In this document: one piece after another, positions 53,720-64,000 of the stretch
Layout of the letters: each line of letters starts with the position of its first letter
Position numbering within the stretch: the first letter of the stretch is position 1
Origin: an uncultured Bifidobacteriaceae bacterium
GTDB lineage: Bacteria > Actinomycetota > Actinomycetes > S36-B12
Assembly (NCBI GenBank): GCA_964597445.1
Contig: CAZQXO010000004.1
Coordinates: 19,642 to 83,641 of the forward strand
DNA: 64,000 nucleotides
Reading direction: 5' to 3'
The notes under the pieces: model-generated
Told to the model about the DNA's origin: nothing
Seen by the model: only the letters and a program-made list of their open reading frames with translations
Databases searched by the model: none
Translations under genes and position numbers: made by a program

Positions 53720-55197
53720 GTCACCCACCCTCGGCTGCGCTGAACCGCCGCGCGCCAGCGGCTACGCGAGGTCGGATTGACGGATCGCGGGGAGAACGTT
53801 CCGGAGGACTGGCGCGTGTGGGCAAGTTCATCGACGCTGGTCCACACACCGGCACCCAGCCCGGCGAGGAACGCCGCACCGAGTCCTGTGGTCTGCAGTT
53901 CCGCCGATCGATCGACCGTGAGTCCCACGGCATCAGCCTGAAGCTGGCAGAGGAGGGAGTTCGCCGCAGCGCCGCCGTCGATCGCGAGGCGATCGAGGGC
54001 CACGGCGGCATCCCGGGCCATGAGGTCCACGATGTCGCTCACCTCGAAGGCGATCGCCTCCAGCGTGGCTCGGGCGATGTGTGCTCGCGTGGTGCCGCGC
54101 GTGATCCCGATGATGAGTCCGCGTGCGGACGGGTCCCACTCGGGAGCGCCAAGACCGGTCAGAGCCGGCACGAAGACGATGCCGCCGGAGTCGGGAACAC
54201 TCGCGGCCAGTGGCTCGATCTCCTCGGCGCTCTCGAGGATGCCGAGGCCGTCGCGCAGCCACTGGACGGCCGCTCCGGTGACGAAGACCGACCCCTCGAG
54301 GGCGAAGTCCCGTCGGCCATCGGGATGGCCCAGCGCCACAGTCGTCAGCAGGCCGTGGTCGGATCGGCGGGCGACCTGCCCTGTGTGGACGAGGAGGAAG
54401 GATCCGGTGCCGTAGGTGCACTTGGCCGCTCCCGCGTGGAACCCGGCCTGGCCGACGAGTGCCGCCTGCTGGTCGCCGGCGAGGCCGGTGATCGGCAGGT
54501 CCAGACCGAGGAAGGCGGTTGGCTCGGTGCGCGCGAGGGAACCGTAGGAGGGGACGATCTCGGGGAGCGCATCGCGGGGCACCGAGAAGATCGAGCACAA
54601 CTCCTCGTTCCAGTCGCCGCTGTCGAGGTCGTAGAGCAGGGTGCGAGAGGCGTTCGTGGGGTCGGTGATGTGGGCGAGTCCGCGCGACATGCGGGCGATG
54701 AGATACGAGTCGACGGTCCCGATCGCCGTGCGTCCGGAGCTCACCCCTGCCCAGATGTGCTCCTCGTGCGCCGCGATCCACGCGAGCTTCGTGCCGGAGA
54801 AGTAGGGGTCGAGGCGCAGGCCAGTCCGACGGTGGATCTCGGGCTCGTGCCCGGCGCGCACGAGCTCGGCGCACAGGGCCGCCGTGCGTCGGTCCTGCCA
54901 GACGATGGCACGCCGAGCCGCACCCAGCGTCTCGCGATCCCACAGGCACACGGTCTCGCGCTGGTTCGTCAGGCCCACGGCGACGAGGTCGCTGGTGGCG
55001 CCGTGCTGGTGGAGGGCCGTACGCGTCGCGGTCAGGGTGGCGCGCCAGATCTCCCCGAGGTCGTGCTCGACCCAGCCGTCGTCCGGGTAGTGCTGCGGGA
55101 ACTCCGCATAGCCACGGGCGACGACCCGACCCCGGTCGTCGACGACGAGGGCGGTGACGCCGGTGGTCCCGGCATCGATCGCCAACAGACAGGGCAT
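53716..55197 (-). CDS. glpK: Glycerol kinase
   Basis: ORF 53716..55347 trimmed to ATG 55197 (MPCLLAIDAGTTG). Motifs TNQRET, GDQQAAL, YGTGSF and IDGGAA. Confidence 0.95.
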   Translation of the reverse strand: MPCLLAIDAGTTGVTALVVDDRGRVVARGYAEFPQHYPDDGWVEHDLGEIWRATLTATRTALHQHGATSDLVAVGLTNQRETVCLWDRETLGAARRAIVWQDRRTAALCAELVRAGHEPEIHRRTGLRLDPYFSGTKLAWIAAHEEHIWAGVSSGRTAIGTVDSYLIARMSRGLAHITDPTNASRTLLYDLDSGDWNEELCSIFSVPRDALPEIVPSYGSLARTEPTAFLGLDLPITGLAGDQQAALVGQAGFHAGAAKCTYGTGSFLLVHTGQVARRSDHGLLTTVALGHPDGRRDFALEGSVFVTGAAVQWLRDGLGILESAEEIEPLAASVPDSGGIVFVPALTGLGAPEWDPSARGLIIGITRGTTRAHIARATLEAIAFEVSDIVDLMARDAAVALDRLAIDGGAAANSLLCQLQADAVGLTVDRSAELQTTGLGAAFLAGLGAGVWTSVDELAHTRQSSGTFSPRSVNPTSRSRWRAAVQRSRGWVT

Positions 55198-55352
55198 GGC
55201 GAGCACCCTAGTTGCATGACAGCGCTTGCACGCGGGTCTAAGGTGGGGGCGCCGGGAGGCTCCCGGCCTGCCTGGGGCGGACGCCGTACCACGGCAATCC
55301 GCCATCGGGACGCGAGGGGCCACACGCCCCAGTCGAGAGGAGTGCATGACCC

Positions 55353-56378
55353 ATGCGCGTGGGAGTTCTCACCGGTGGCGGCGACTGCCCGGGACTCAAT
55401 GCGGTCATCCGTGGCGTCGTCCGGCGCGGAGTCCAGGAGTACGGATTCGACTTCGTCGGGTTCCGTGACGGCTGGAAGGGTCCCCTCGAGGGACTGACGA
55501 TGGAGCTCGGCATCCCCCAGGTTCGCGGCATCCTCCCGCGCGGCGGAACGATCCTGGGTTCCTCGCGGACCAACCCCGTCAAGATCGACGGAGGCATCGA
55601 GCGCATCGAGGAGAACCTGAAGGCGCTGGGGATCGATGCCCTCGTGGCGATCGGTGGAGAGGACACCCTGGGCGTCGCGACGACCCTCACCGAGCACGGG
55701 TTCCACGTGGTCGGTGTGCCGAAGACGATCGACAACGACCTGAGCGCCACCGACTACACCTTCGGCTTCGACACCGCGGTCCAGATCGCCACGGAGGCCA
55801 TCGATCGGCTCCACACGACGGCGGAGTCCCACCATCGCATCCTCATCTGCGAGGTCATGGGCCGGCACGCGGGCTGGATCGCGCTGCACTCGGGCATGGC
55901 CGGAGGAGCGAACGCGATCCTCATTCCCGAGGTCGAGTTCGACCTCGACGAGGTCGTCGGCTGGGTCGAGTCTCGTTTCCGTGCGAGCTACGCGCCGATC
56001 ATCGTGGTGGCCGAGGGAGCGCAGCCCAAGGGTGGTCAGATGGTGACGAAGGACGCCACACTCGATGCGTTCGGCCACGTGAAGCTGTCGGGCATCGGCG
56101 ACTGGCTTGCCCAGCAGGTCGAGGAGCGGACGGGCCATGAGGCACGCACGACGGTCCTGGGTCACATCCAGCGCGGTGGAACCCCCACGTCCTTCGATCG
56201 GGTCCTGGCCACGCGGTTCGGCCTCAACGCCATCGCCGCGGTGAAGGACGGTGCCTGGGGAACGATGGTGGCCCTTCAGGGGACCGACATCGTGCGTGTG
56301 CCGCTGCAGGCCGCGACAGGAACGCTGAAGACGGTGCCAGTGGCGCGCTACGAGGAGGCCAAGGCCTTCTTCGGCTAG
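55353..56378 (+). CDS. pfkA: 6-phosphofructokinase (ATP- or PPi-dependent; not resolved by eye)
   Basis: MRVGVLTGGGDCPGLNAVIRG, IGGEDT, PKTIDND and MGRHAG. Confidence 0.93.
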   Translation: MRVGVLTGGGDCPGLNAVIRGVVRRGVQEYGFDFVGFRDGWKGPLEGLTMELGIPQVRGILPRGGTILGSSRTNPVKIDGGIERIEENLKALGIDALVAIGGEDTLGVATTLTEHGFHVVGVPKTIDNDLSATDYTFGFDTAVQIATEAIDRLHTTAESHHRILICEVMGRHAGWIALHSGMAGGANAILIPEVEFDLDEVVGWVESRFRASYAPIIVVAEGAQPKGGQMVTKDATLDAFGHVKLSGIGDWLAQQVEERTGHEARTTVLGHIQRGGTPTSFDRVLATRFGLNAIAAVKDGAWGTMVALQGTDIVRVPLQAATGTLKTVPVARYEEAKAFFG

Positions 56379-56396
56379 GCCGACAGCGAAAGTGCA

Positions 56397-56435
56397 GGTA
56401 AGGCACGCGACGACCCGTTCGTCGCGTGCCTTACC
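56397..56435 (+). terminator. Stem-loop terminator after pfk
   Basis: GGTAAGGCACGCGACGA-cccgt-TCGTCGCGTGCCTTACC, a 17-bp perfect stem. Confidence 0.75.
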
Positions 56436-56444
56436 CTTGGGGGC

Positions 56445-57773
56445 ATGCCTGACACCCTGAGTTGGCCCGACCTGCCCGCGGCCCAGCAGCCGCCGTGGCC
56501 GGATCCGGTGGCCCTGGGCACCGTGACCGACGAGCTGGCGACGCTTCCCCCGCTCGTCTTCGCGGGTGAGTGCGACCAGTTGACCGAGCGCCTGGCTGAT
56601 GCGGCTCTCGGCAAGGCCTTCGTGCTCATGGGCGGAGACTGCGCGGAGACCTTCGAGGCGAACAACGCGGACTCGATCCGAGCGCGGCTCAAGACCGTGC
56701 TGCAGATGTCGGTGATCCTGACCTACGCCGCGTCACTTCCGGTGGTCAAGGTCGGCCGGGTCGCAGGTCAGTACTTCAAGCCCCGATCGAAGCTCACCGA
56801 GACCCGTGAGGGTGTCGAGCTGACGTCGTACTTCGGCGATGCCGTCAATGCCCTGGCGTTCGATGAGGCCAGCCGCACCCCGGACCCGACGCGACTCCTG
56901 CGGACCTACCACGCATCGTCGGCTGCGTTGAACCTCGTGCGCGCCTTCACGCAGGGGGGCTATGCGGACCTGCGCCAGGTGCATGCCTGGAACCAGGACT
57001 TCGTGCGTGACTCCGTCGCCGGCCAGCGCTACGAAGCTGTTGCCCAGGACATCGACCGGGCCCTCGCGTTCATGCGGGCTATCGGTGCAGACGCCGATGC
57101 GCTCCAGCGCGTCGAGTTCTACGCCGCGCATGAGGCGCTGTCGATCCACTACGAGCGCGCCTTGACGCGCATCGACTCGCGCACGGGCCTGCCCTATGAC
57201 GTCTCGGGTCACTTCCTGTGGATCGGCGAGCGCACGCGGCAGCTGGACGGTGCGCACATCCACTTCGCATCGACCATTCGCAACCCCATCGGCGTGAAGA
57301 TCGGGCCGACGGCATCCCCGGACGACGTCGCACACATGTGCGAGGTGCTCAATCCCGACCGGGTGCCGGGACGCCTGACCCTGATCTCCCGCATGGGAGC
57401 CGACAAGGTCCGCGACGTTCTGCCGAGCATCGTTCAGAAGGTCGACGCCAGTGGGGTCCCTGTCGTGTGGGTCTGCGATCCCATGCACGGCAACACCCGC
57501 GAGGCGGCGACAGGTCACAAGACCCGGCTGTTCGACGATGTGGTGTCGGAGGTCCAGGGATTCTTCGAGGTGCATCGCAACCTCGGCACGATCCCGGGCG
57601 GCATCCATGTCGAGCTCACCGGTGACGACGTCACCGAGTGCGTCGGTGGCACCGGGGGCGTTCTGGAGGGCAACCTCGGCGACCGCTACGAGACCGCCTG
57701 CGATCCGCGGCTGAACCGTGAGCAGAGCCTGGAGCTCGCTTTCCTCGTCGCTGACATGCTGATGCTCCGGTAG
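56445..57773 (+). CDS. aroG: Class II 3-deoxy-7-phosphoheptulonate (DAHP) synthase
   Basis: 442 aa. Motifs GDCAE, KPRS, IGERTRQ and WVCDPMHGN are typical type II DAHPS. Confidence 0.95.
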   Translation: MPDTLSWPDLPAAQQPPWPDPVALGTVTDELATLPPLVFAGECDQLTERLADAALGKAFVLMGGDCAETFEANNADSIRARLKTVLQMSVILTYAASLPVVKVGRVAGQYFKPRSKLTETREGVELTSYFGDAVNALAFDEASRTPDPTRLLRTYHASSAALNLVRAFTQGGYADLRQVHAWNQDFVRDSVAGQRYEAVAQDIDRALAFMRAIGADADALQRVEFYAAHEALSIHYERALTRIDSRTGLPYDVSGHFLWIGERTRQLDGAHIHFASTIRNPIGVKIGPTASPDDVAHMCEVLNPDRVPGRLTLISRMGADKVRDVLPSIVQKVDASGVPVVWVCDPMHGNTREAATGHKTRLFDDVVSEVQGFFEVHRNLGTIPGGIHVELTGDDVTECVGGTGGVLEGNLGDRYETACDPRLNREQSLELAFLVADMLMLR

Positions 57774-57778
57774 ATCGC

Positions 57779-58312
57779 ATGGCGCACGCGGTCGGGACCC
57801 TTCTGGCGGCCTCGTACCGAACACCGGGTGGTCGCCTCATCGTGGTCGTGGACCCGCAGGCGAGCGGGGATCTCGGTCCGTCCGAGTACGGGGCTGTGGT
57901 GGCGGGAACCTTCCGGGACCTTGCTGACGCCGCGGAGCGCCTGCCCTCCTCCGTGCGCATCCGGCCGCGTAGCCCCGTCCCGGCAATTGCCGACGTTCTC
58001 GCGCGTTATGCGGACGGAGATCTCGGCGCGCTGGAGGAGGTGTCGGTGACCCAGCCCGGAGGACCCTTCCAGCAGCGGGCATGGCAGGCCATGAGGTCGA
58101 TCCGGGCGGGCAGCGTCGACTCCTATGCCGGGCTGGCGCGCAGGGCCGGTGCTCCTCGCGCGGCACGGGCAGCCGGCACCGCCTGCTCATCGAATCTCGT
58201 GGCGCCCTTCGTGCCCTGTCACCGGGTGGTGGCCTCGAGCGGCATCGGCGGCTACGGGTACGGCATCGAGGTGAAGGTCGCCCTGCTGGAGCACGAAGGC
58301 GTACTGCTCTGA
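57779..58312 (+). CDS. ogt: Methylated-DNA--protein-cysteine methyltransferase
   Basis: C-terminal domain with the PCHRVV active site and FQQRAWQAM. Confidence 0.85.
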   Translation: MAHAVGTLLAASYRTPGGRLIVVVDPQASGDLGPSEYGAVVAGTFRDLADAAERLPSSVRIRPRSPVPAIADVLARYADGDLGALEEVSVTQPGGPFQQRAWQAMRSIRAGSVDSYAGLARRAGAPRAARAAGTACSSNLVAPFVPCHRVVASSGIGGYGYGIEVKVALLEHEGVLL

Positions 58313-58339
58313 CCGCAGGACCGTCCCGCACGAGCCGGG

Positions 58340-59515
58340 TCAGACGATGTTGATCTCCCCGCGCATGCGTCCGGCAGCGAAGCGTCCGGCGTCGAAGCCC
58401 GAGACGTCGATCGAGGCCGGTCGACCGAGGTGGAGGTCACGCATGACCTCCCCGACGGCCGGGCTCTGCAGGAATCCGTGACCGGAGAATCCGCAGGCGT
58501 AGAGGAACCGAGAGACGGAGGGGGACTCCCCGAGCAGGGCGTTGTGGTCTGGCGTCACCTCGTACATGCCGACCCAGCGATGGGCGATGCCGAGGTCCAG
58601 CAACTCGGGTGCGCGCTGCTCCATGGCGGCCATGAGCTGGGGGAGCCACGCCTCGCTGTACTCCCAGCGGAAGCCCGGCTCCTCGTCCCGATACGACATG
58701 CCCAGGAGGATGGCGGGTCCCTCGCGGTGGAAGTAGAAGGTCGTCGCAGCGTCGATGGTCATGGGGGTGGCGTGGGTGACCCGCTCGGCCAGATCCGGTC
58801 GCAGGGGCTCGGTGATGACGATCTGCCGCCGCAGGGGCTGCACCGGCAGATCAACGCCGGCCATGGCGCCGATGTTCGCCGACCAGGCGCCGGCGGCGCA
58901 GATGACCGTCCCAGTGGCGACACGGCCATGATCCGTCTGCACACCGGTCACGTCGCCGTCGGCGATGTCGATTCCCGTCACCGTCACGTGCGTGCGCACG
59001 GTGGCACCCAGGCGCCGAGCACCGGTCGCGTAGCCGAGAACCACGGACTCGGGAGTGCAGTAGCCGTCGCGCGGATGGAAGCTCGCGGCGAGCACATCAC
59101 TCATGTCGACGGTCGGGTTCAGGGCGGCCGCCTCGTGTGGCGTCAGCATCCGGGTCGGCACGCCCATGGAGTTCTGTAGGCGCACGGACTCCTCGTAGGT
59201 CGCCACCTGGGCCTCGTCGGTGAGCAGGAACAGGTATCCGGGCTGGCGCAGATCGATCTCCTGCCCGGGTCGATGGGTGAAGCCCTCGAACGCCGCGAGG
59301 CTGCGGCTCCCGAGCGCGATGTTGACCGGATCGGAGAACTGCGCGCGCACTCCGCCGGCTGCTCGGCACGTCGACCCACTGCCGAGATCGGACTTCTCCA
59401 GGAGGAGGACGTCCGGAACTCCGGCCTCCGCGAGGTGGAAGGCGATGCTCGTGCCCATCGCGCCGCCGCCGATGATGACGACGGACGCCGAGGTGGGCAG
59501 CGGGTCAGCGGCCAC
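58340..59515 (-). CDS. FAD-dependent oxidoreductase (sarcosine/pipecolate/D-amino-acid oxidase family)
   Basis: VVIIGGGAMGTSIAFHLA Rossmann motif. DAO-family length and pattern. Confidence 0.85.
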   Translation of the reverse strand: MAADPLPTSASVVIIGGGAMGTSIAFHLAEAGVPDVLLLEKSDLGSGSTCRAAGGVRAQFSDPVNIALGSRSLAAFEGFTHRPGQEIDLRQPGYLFLLTDEAQVATYEESVRLQNSMGVPTRMLTPHEAAALNPTVDMSDVLAASFHPRDGYCTPESVVLGYATGARRLGATVRTHVTVTGIDIADGDVTGVQTDHGRVATGTVICAAGAWSANIGAMAGVDLPVQPLRRQIVITEPLRPDLAERVTHATPMTIDAATTFYFHREGPAILLGMSYRDEEPGFRWEYSEAWLPQLMAAMEQRAPELLDLGIAHRWVGMYEVTPDHNALLGESPSVSRFLYACGFSGHGFLQSPAVGEVMRDLHLGRPASIDVSGFDAGRFAAGRMRGEINIV

Positions 59516-60098
59516 GGCCGAGATCCGTGATCTTGTGGGGCGCTCCGCTGCGGTCGTAGGTGACCCATTCGCCGACCTGACGCCCCGCCGCTTGGCCGAT
59601 GCCGAAGTGCCCGGACCGCAGGAGCGAGCCGTCGCGGCGGAACCACTGCCAGGCGCCGGTCATCCCGCCGTTGCGAAGGCGTCCGCGTGACTTCGGAAAG
59701 CCGTTGTCGTAGTACTCGCGGAACTCTCCGGAGGCCTTCGGGTACGAGGCGTTGATCTCCTCGATGCGCAGGCGCAGGATCCTTCTGAGGAGGGCGGCAG
59801 GGAAGGGTCGGTCCCGATCGAAGTGAATGGTGCCCTTGGTGACCTCGTGATCCGTCAGGGCGCTGCCCAGGGTTGCCGCCACGGACCCGGAGTGCGGGAA
59901 CAGGCTGTTGTGCTGGGTGAAGCCCGTGACGCTCACGATGGTGGGACCGCTCTCGTCACCGGCTCGGAACGTCGGCATGCCCCAGGCGAGGACCTCCACG
60001 GCGCCCGGCAGTGCCGAGCGAACGGTCCCCACGGTGCGCTCGAGGGCCGTGCGCTGCGCTCCCTCGAACTCCCGGAGGTGATCGTCGACCAGCGTCAC
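59505..60098 (-). CDS. DUF1801 (YdhG-like) domain fused to MORN-variant (YwqK-like) repeats
   Basis: The N-terminal 120 aa match the DUF1801 pattern (AWGMPTF...KGTIHF). The C-terminal 70 aa have GxW/YY-nG repeats (EFREYYDNGFPKSRGRLRNGGMTGAWQWFRRDGSL...GEWVTYDRSG). Confidence 0.65.
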   Translation of the reverse strand: MTLVDDHLREFEGAQRTALERTVGTVRSALPGAVEVLAWGMPTFRAGDESGPTIVSVTGFTQHNSLFPHSGSVAATLGSALTDHEVTKGTIHFDRDRPFPAALLRRILRLRIEEINASYPKASGEFREYYDNGFPKSRGRLRNGGMTGAWQWFRRDGSLLRSGHFGIGQAAGRQVGEWVTYDRSGAPHKITDLGRGR

Positions 60099-61627
60099 TC
60101 GAAGCTCACTCCCTGCGCGAGGGGAAGGTCGTGGGAGTAGTTGATCGTGTTGGTCGCACGGCGCATGTACCCGCGCCAGGCGTCCGATCCCGACTCCCGA
60201 CCCCCGCCGGTGGTCTTCTCTCCGCCGAAGGCGCCGCCGATCTCCGCACCGGAGGTGCCGATGTTCACGTTGACGATGCCGCAGTCGGACCCGGCGGCGG
60301 ACATGAAGATCTCGGCCTCCCGCTGATCCAGCGTGAAGATGCTGGACGACAGACCCTGGGGGACCCCGTTCTGCAGGGCGATCGCCTCATCGAGGGTGTC
60401 GTAGGCCATCACGTACAGGATCGGCGCGAACGTCTCGCGTCGGACGACGTCGGCCTGGTCGGGCATCCGAACAAGAGCTGGCCGCACGTAGTAGCCGTCA
60501 GGGCAGCCCGCGACGTCGACCCGGTCGCCACCGACGACGACGGTGCCCCCCGAAGCGACGGCCTCGTCGATCGCGGCCTGCATCCGCGCGTAGGAGCCGG
60601 CATCGACGAGCGGGCCGACCAGCACGTCATCGGTGAGGGGATTGCCGACGCGCAGCCGGGCATAGACCTCGGCCACTCGCCGAACGAGGTCATCCACGAT
60701 CGAGGAGTGCGCGATGACGCGGCGCAGGCTGGTGCAGCGCTGGCCGGCCGTGCCGGCAGCGGCGAACACGATGCCTCGGACGGCGAGATCGAGGTCCGCT
60801 GAGGGCGTCACGATCGCTGCGTTGTTGCCGCCCAGCTCGAGAATCGCGTGACCGAACCGGGCGGCGACTCGCGGACCCACCTCCGCTCCCATGCGCTCGG
60901 AGCCCGTGGCGCTGATCACGGCGGCCAGGGGGTGATCCACGAGTGCCTGTCCGGCATCCCGATCGGAGAGCGCCAGCACATGCGTGCCGTCCGGGGCATC
61001 GGCGTCCTGCAGGACGCGGTCGAGGAGCGCGCTGCAGGCCAGAGCCGTGAGGGGAGTGCGCTCGGATGGCTTCCAGACGACGGTGTTCCCGCAGACGAGA
61101 GCGAGCGTCGTGTTCCAGGCCCAGACCGCGACCGGGAAGTTGAACGCCGAGATGACGCCGACGACACCGCGTGGGTGCCACGTCTCCATGAGCCGGTGCC
61201 CCGGGCGCTCGGATGGCATGGTGCGCCCCTCGAGCTGCCGGGAGATGCCGAGGGCGAAGTCGCAGATGTCGATCATCTCCTGGACCTCACCGAGAGCCTC
61301 GCTGCGGATCTTGCCGACCTCGAGCTGCACCAGGTCCGCCAGGTCCTCCTTGTGCTCCTCGAGCAGGCGACCGAAGGCCTTGATGACCTGGCCCCGCACC
61401 GGAGCCGGGATGCTGCGCCATGTGAGGTAGGCGCCGTGTGCGCGCGTGACCGCGGCATCCATGCCGGCTGCATCCATGGCGGGGACGCTCAGGATCTCCG
61501 AGCCGTCGACGGGGGAGCGGGAGATCAGCGCGACGCTGCCGACGAGCTGATCCAGAGGGACGCCACAGGACTCCAGGGCGCGTCGGGCACGGACAGTGAG
61601 CTCGGAGGACTCAGAGGGGTCGGTCAT
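60095..61627 (-). CDS. Aldehyde dehydrogenase, ALDH7/piperideine-6-carboxylate dehydrogenase-like
   Basis: Catalytic ELGGNNA and GQRCTS. The C-terminal GAEIGGAFGGEKTTGGGRESGSDAW is typical of the antiquitin-like subfamily. Confidence 0.9.
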   Translation of the reverse strand: MTDPSESSELTVRARRALESCGVPLDQLVGSVALISRSPVDGSEILSVPAMDAAGMDAAVTRAHGAYLTWRSIPAPVRGQVIKAFGRLLEEHKEDLADLVQLEVGKIRSEALGEVQEMIDICDFALGISRQLEGRTMPSERPGHRLMETWHPRGVVGVISAFNFPVAVWAWNTTLALVCGNTVVWKPSERTPLTALACSALLDRVLQDADAPDGTHVLALSDRDAGQALVDHPLAAVISATGSERMGAEVGPRVAARFGHAILELGGNNAAIVTPSADLDLAVRGIVFAAAGTAGQRCTSLRRVIAHSSIVDDLVRRVAEVYARLRVGNPLTDDVLVGPLVDAGSYARMQAAIDEAVASGGTVVVGGDRVDVAGCPDGYYVRPALVRMPDQADVVRRETFAPILYVMAYDTLDEAIALQNGVPQGLSSSIFTLDQREAEIFMSAAGSDCGIVNVNIGTSGAEIGGAFGGEKTTGGGRESGSDAWRGYMRRATNTINYSHDLPLAQGVSFE

Positions 61628-61695
61628 GGCCCCAGTCTGCCGGTCCGGGTGGGGCGAGGTGCGCCGGATCCTCCCGCCTCGCGCGGCGACCGGAG

Positions 61696-63609
<1,914 letters not shown>

Positions 63610-63619
63610 TCTTGCGAGT

Positions 63620-64000
63620 CTAGGTAGAGGGTCCGTGGCCACCGGGTTGCCACGCCAGCCTTGCCAGCACGCTCGCCACACGATCCTCGACCGATCCCGT
63701 GACGTGCAGCACATCGACCGCTCGCAGGAGGCTGGAGCCCTCGACGAGCTCCCTGATCACCTCGTCGGCAGCCCGCCGCTGATCGGGTCCGTCCCGCTGG
63801 TCGCCGTCCGGCTGCCAGGGGATGTCGGGCGCGCACCACACCAGCAGGTCGTAGTCGTGGGCGTGCCGGAGATCGTCATCGAGGAGGTGTCGGTCACCGA
63901 AGTACACGATGCTGTAGACGGCGGTCATCAGGGGCGCCGGATCCACCACCACCCAGGGGTGTCGGCACGACTGCGCCACGCTCGCCTCCCGTGCACGCTG
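63620..64000 (-). CDS. AAA/NadR-type nucleoside-kinase-like ATPase, C-terminal part (5' end beyond the window)
   Basis: The frame stays open to the window edge upstream of the GTG at 63979. VVVDPAPLMTAVYSIVYFG...YDLLVWCAPDIPWQPDGDQRDG resembles the ribosylnicotinamide-kinase domain of NadR. Confidence 0.5.
   Translation of the reverse strand, partial: QRAREASVAQSCRHPWVVVDPAPLMTAVYSIVYFGDRHLLDDDLRHAHDYDLLVWCAPDIPWQPDGDQRDGPDQRRAADEVIRELVEGSSLLRAVDVLHVTGSVEDRVASVLARLAWQPGGHGPST

Noticed and set aside
55198-55352. Possible regulatory RNA or operator in the 155-bp glpK/pfk divergent region
   Set aside because: Only weak promoter-like hexamers (TTGCAT, TTGCAC) and no convincing inverted repeat or known riboswitch core, so there is nothing I can support.

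Overview
High-GC (about 70%) actinobacterial chromosomal segment, densely coding. I support about 66 CDS and saw no rRNA, tRNA, CRISPR array, transposase or integrase. All calls come from reading the ORF translations and the raw sequence by eye; no searches were run, and Rv numbers are from memory. Gene order is collinear with the M. tuberculosis Rv2220 (glnA1) to Rv2176 (pknL) core region: glnA, lipA/lipB, the E2/E3 2-oxoacid dehydrogenase subunits, pepA, gcvT, cobT/cobS, pspA-htpX, nadA, erpA, adoK, ctaCDF, qcrCAB-ctaE, trpD, a DEDD/GIY-YIG nuclease, a RipA-like hydrolase, fadD, plsC, glpK, pfk, aroG, ogt and a PASTA Ser/Thr kinase. Many ORF-track entries are antisense or N-terminally over-extended high-GC artefacts, so I trimmed starts to plausible ATG/GTG codons. 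The stand-out is a cobalamin riboswitch on the minus strand (about 21556-21800) heading a nine-gene, translationally coupled operon (21510 down to 12102). That operon encodes an exported prenyltransferase-repeat toroid protein, a membrane-anchored SCO2322-like protein, an atypical ECF importer (T, fused A1A2, large S), a PhnP-like MBL::CobU fusion, CobT, CobS and a truncated degenerate CobT paralog. I read it as an uncharacterised corrinoid capture, import and nucleotide-loop remodelling system. Secondary observations are several apparent pseudo-enzymes (an IscS-like protein lacking PLP ligands, an ArsA-like protein lacking both P-loop lysines, an atypical orphan receiver), DNA-identical lipoyl-domain repeats, short perfect tandem duplications at gene ends, and an unexplained 0.5-kb gap with a 12-bp repeat.
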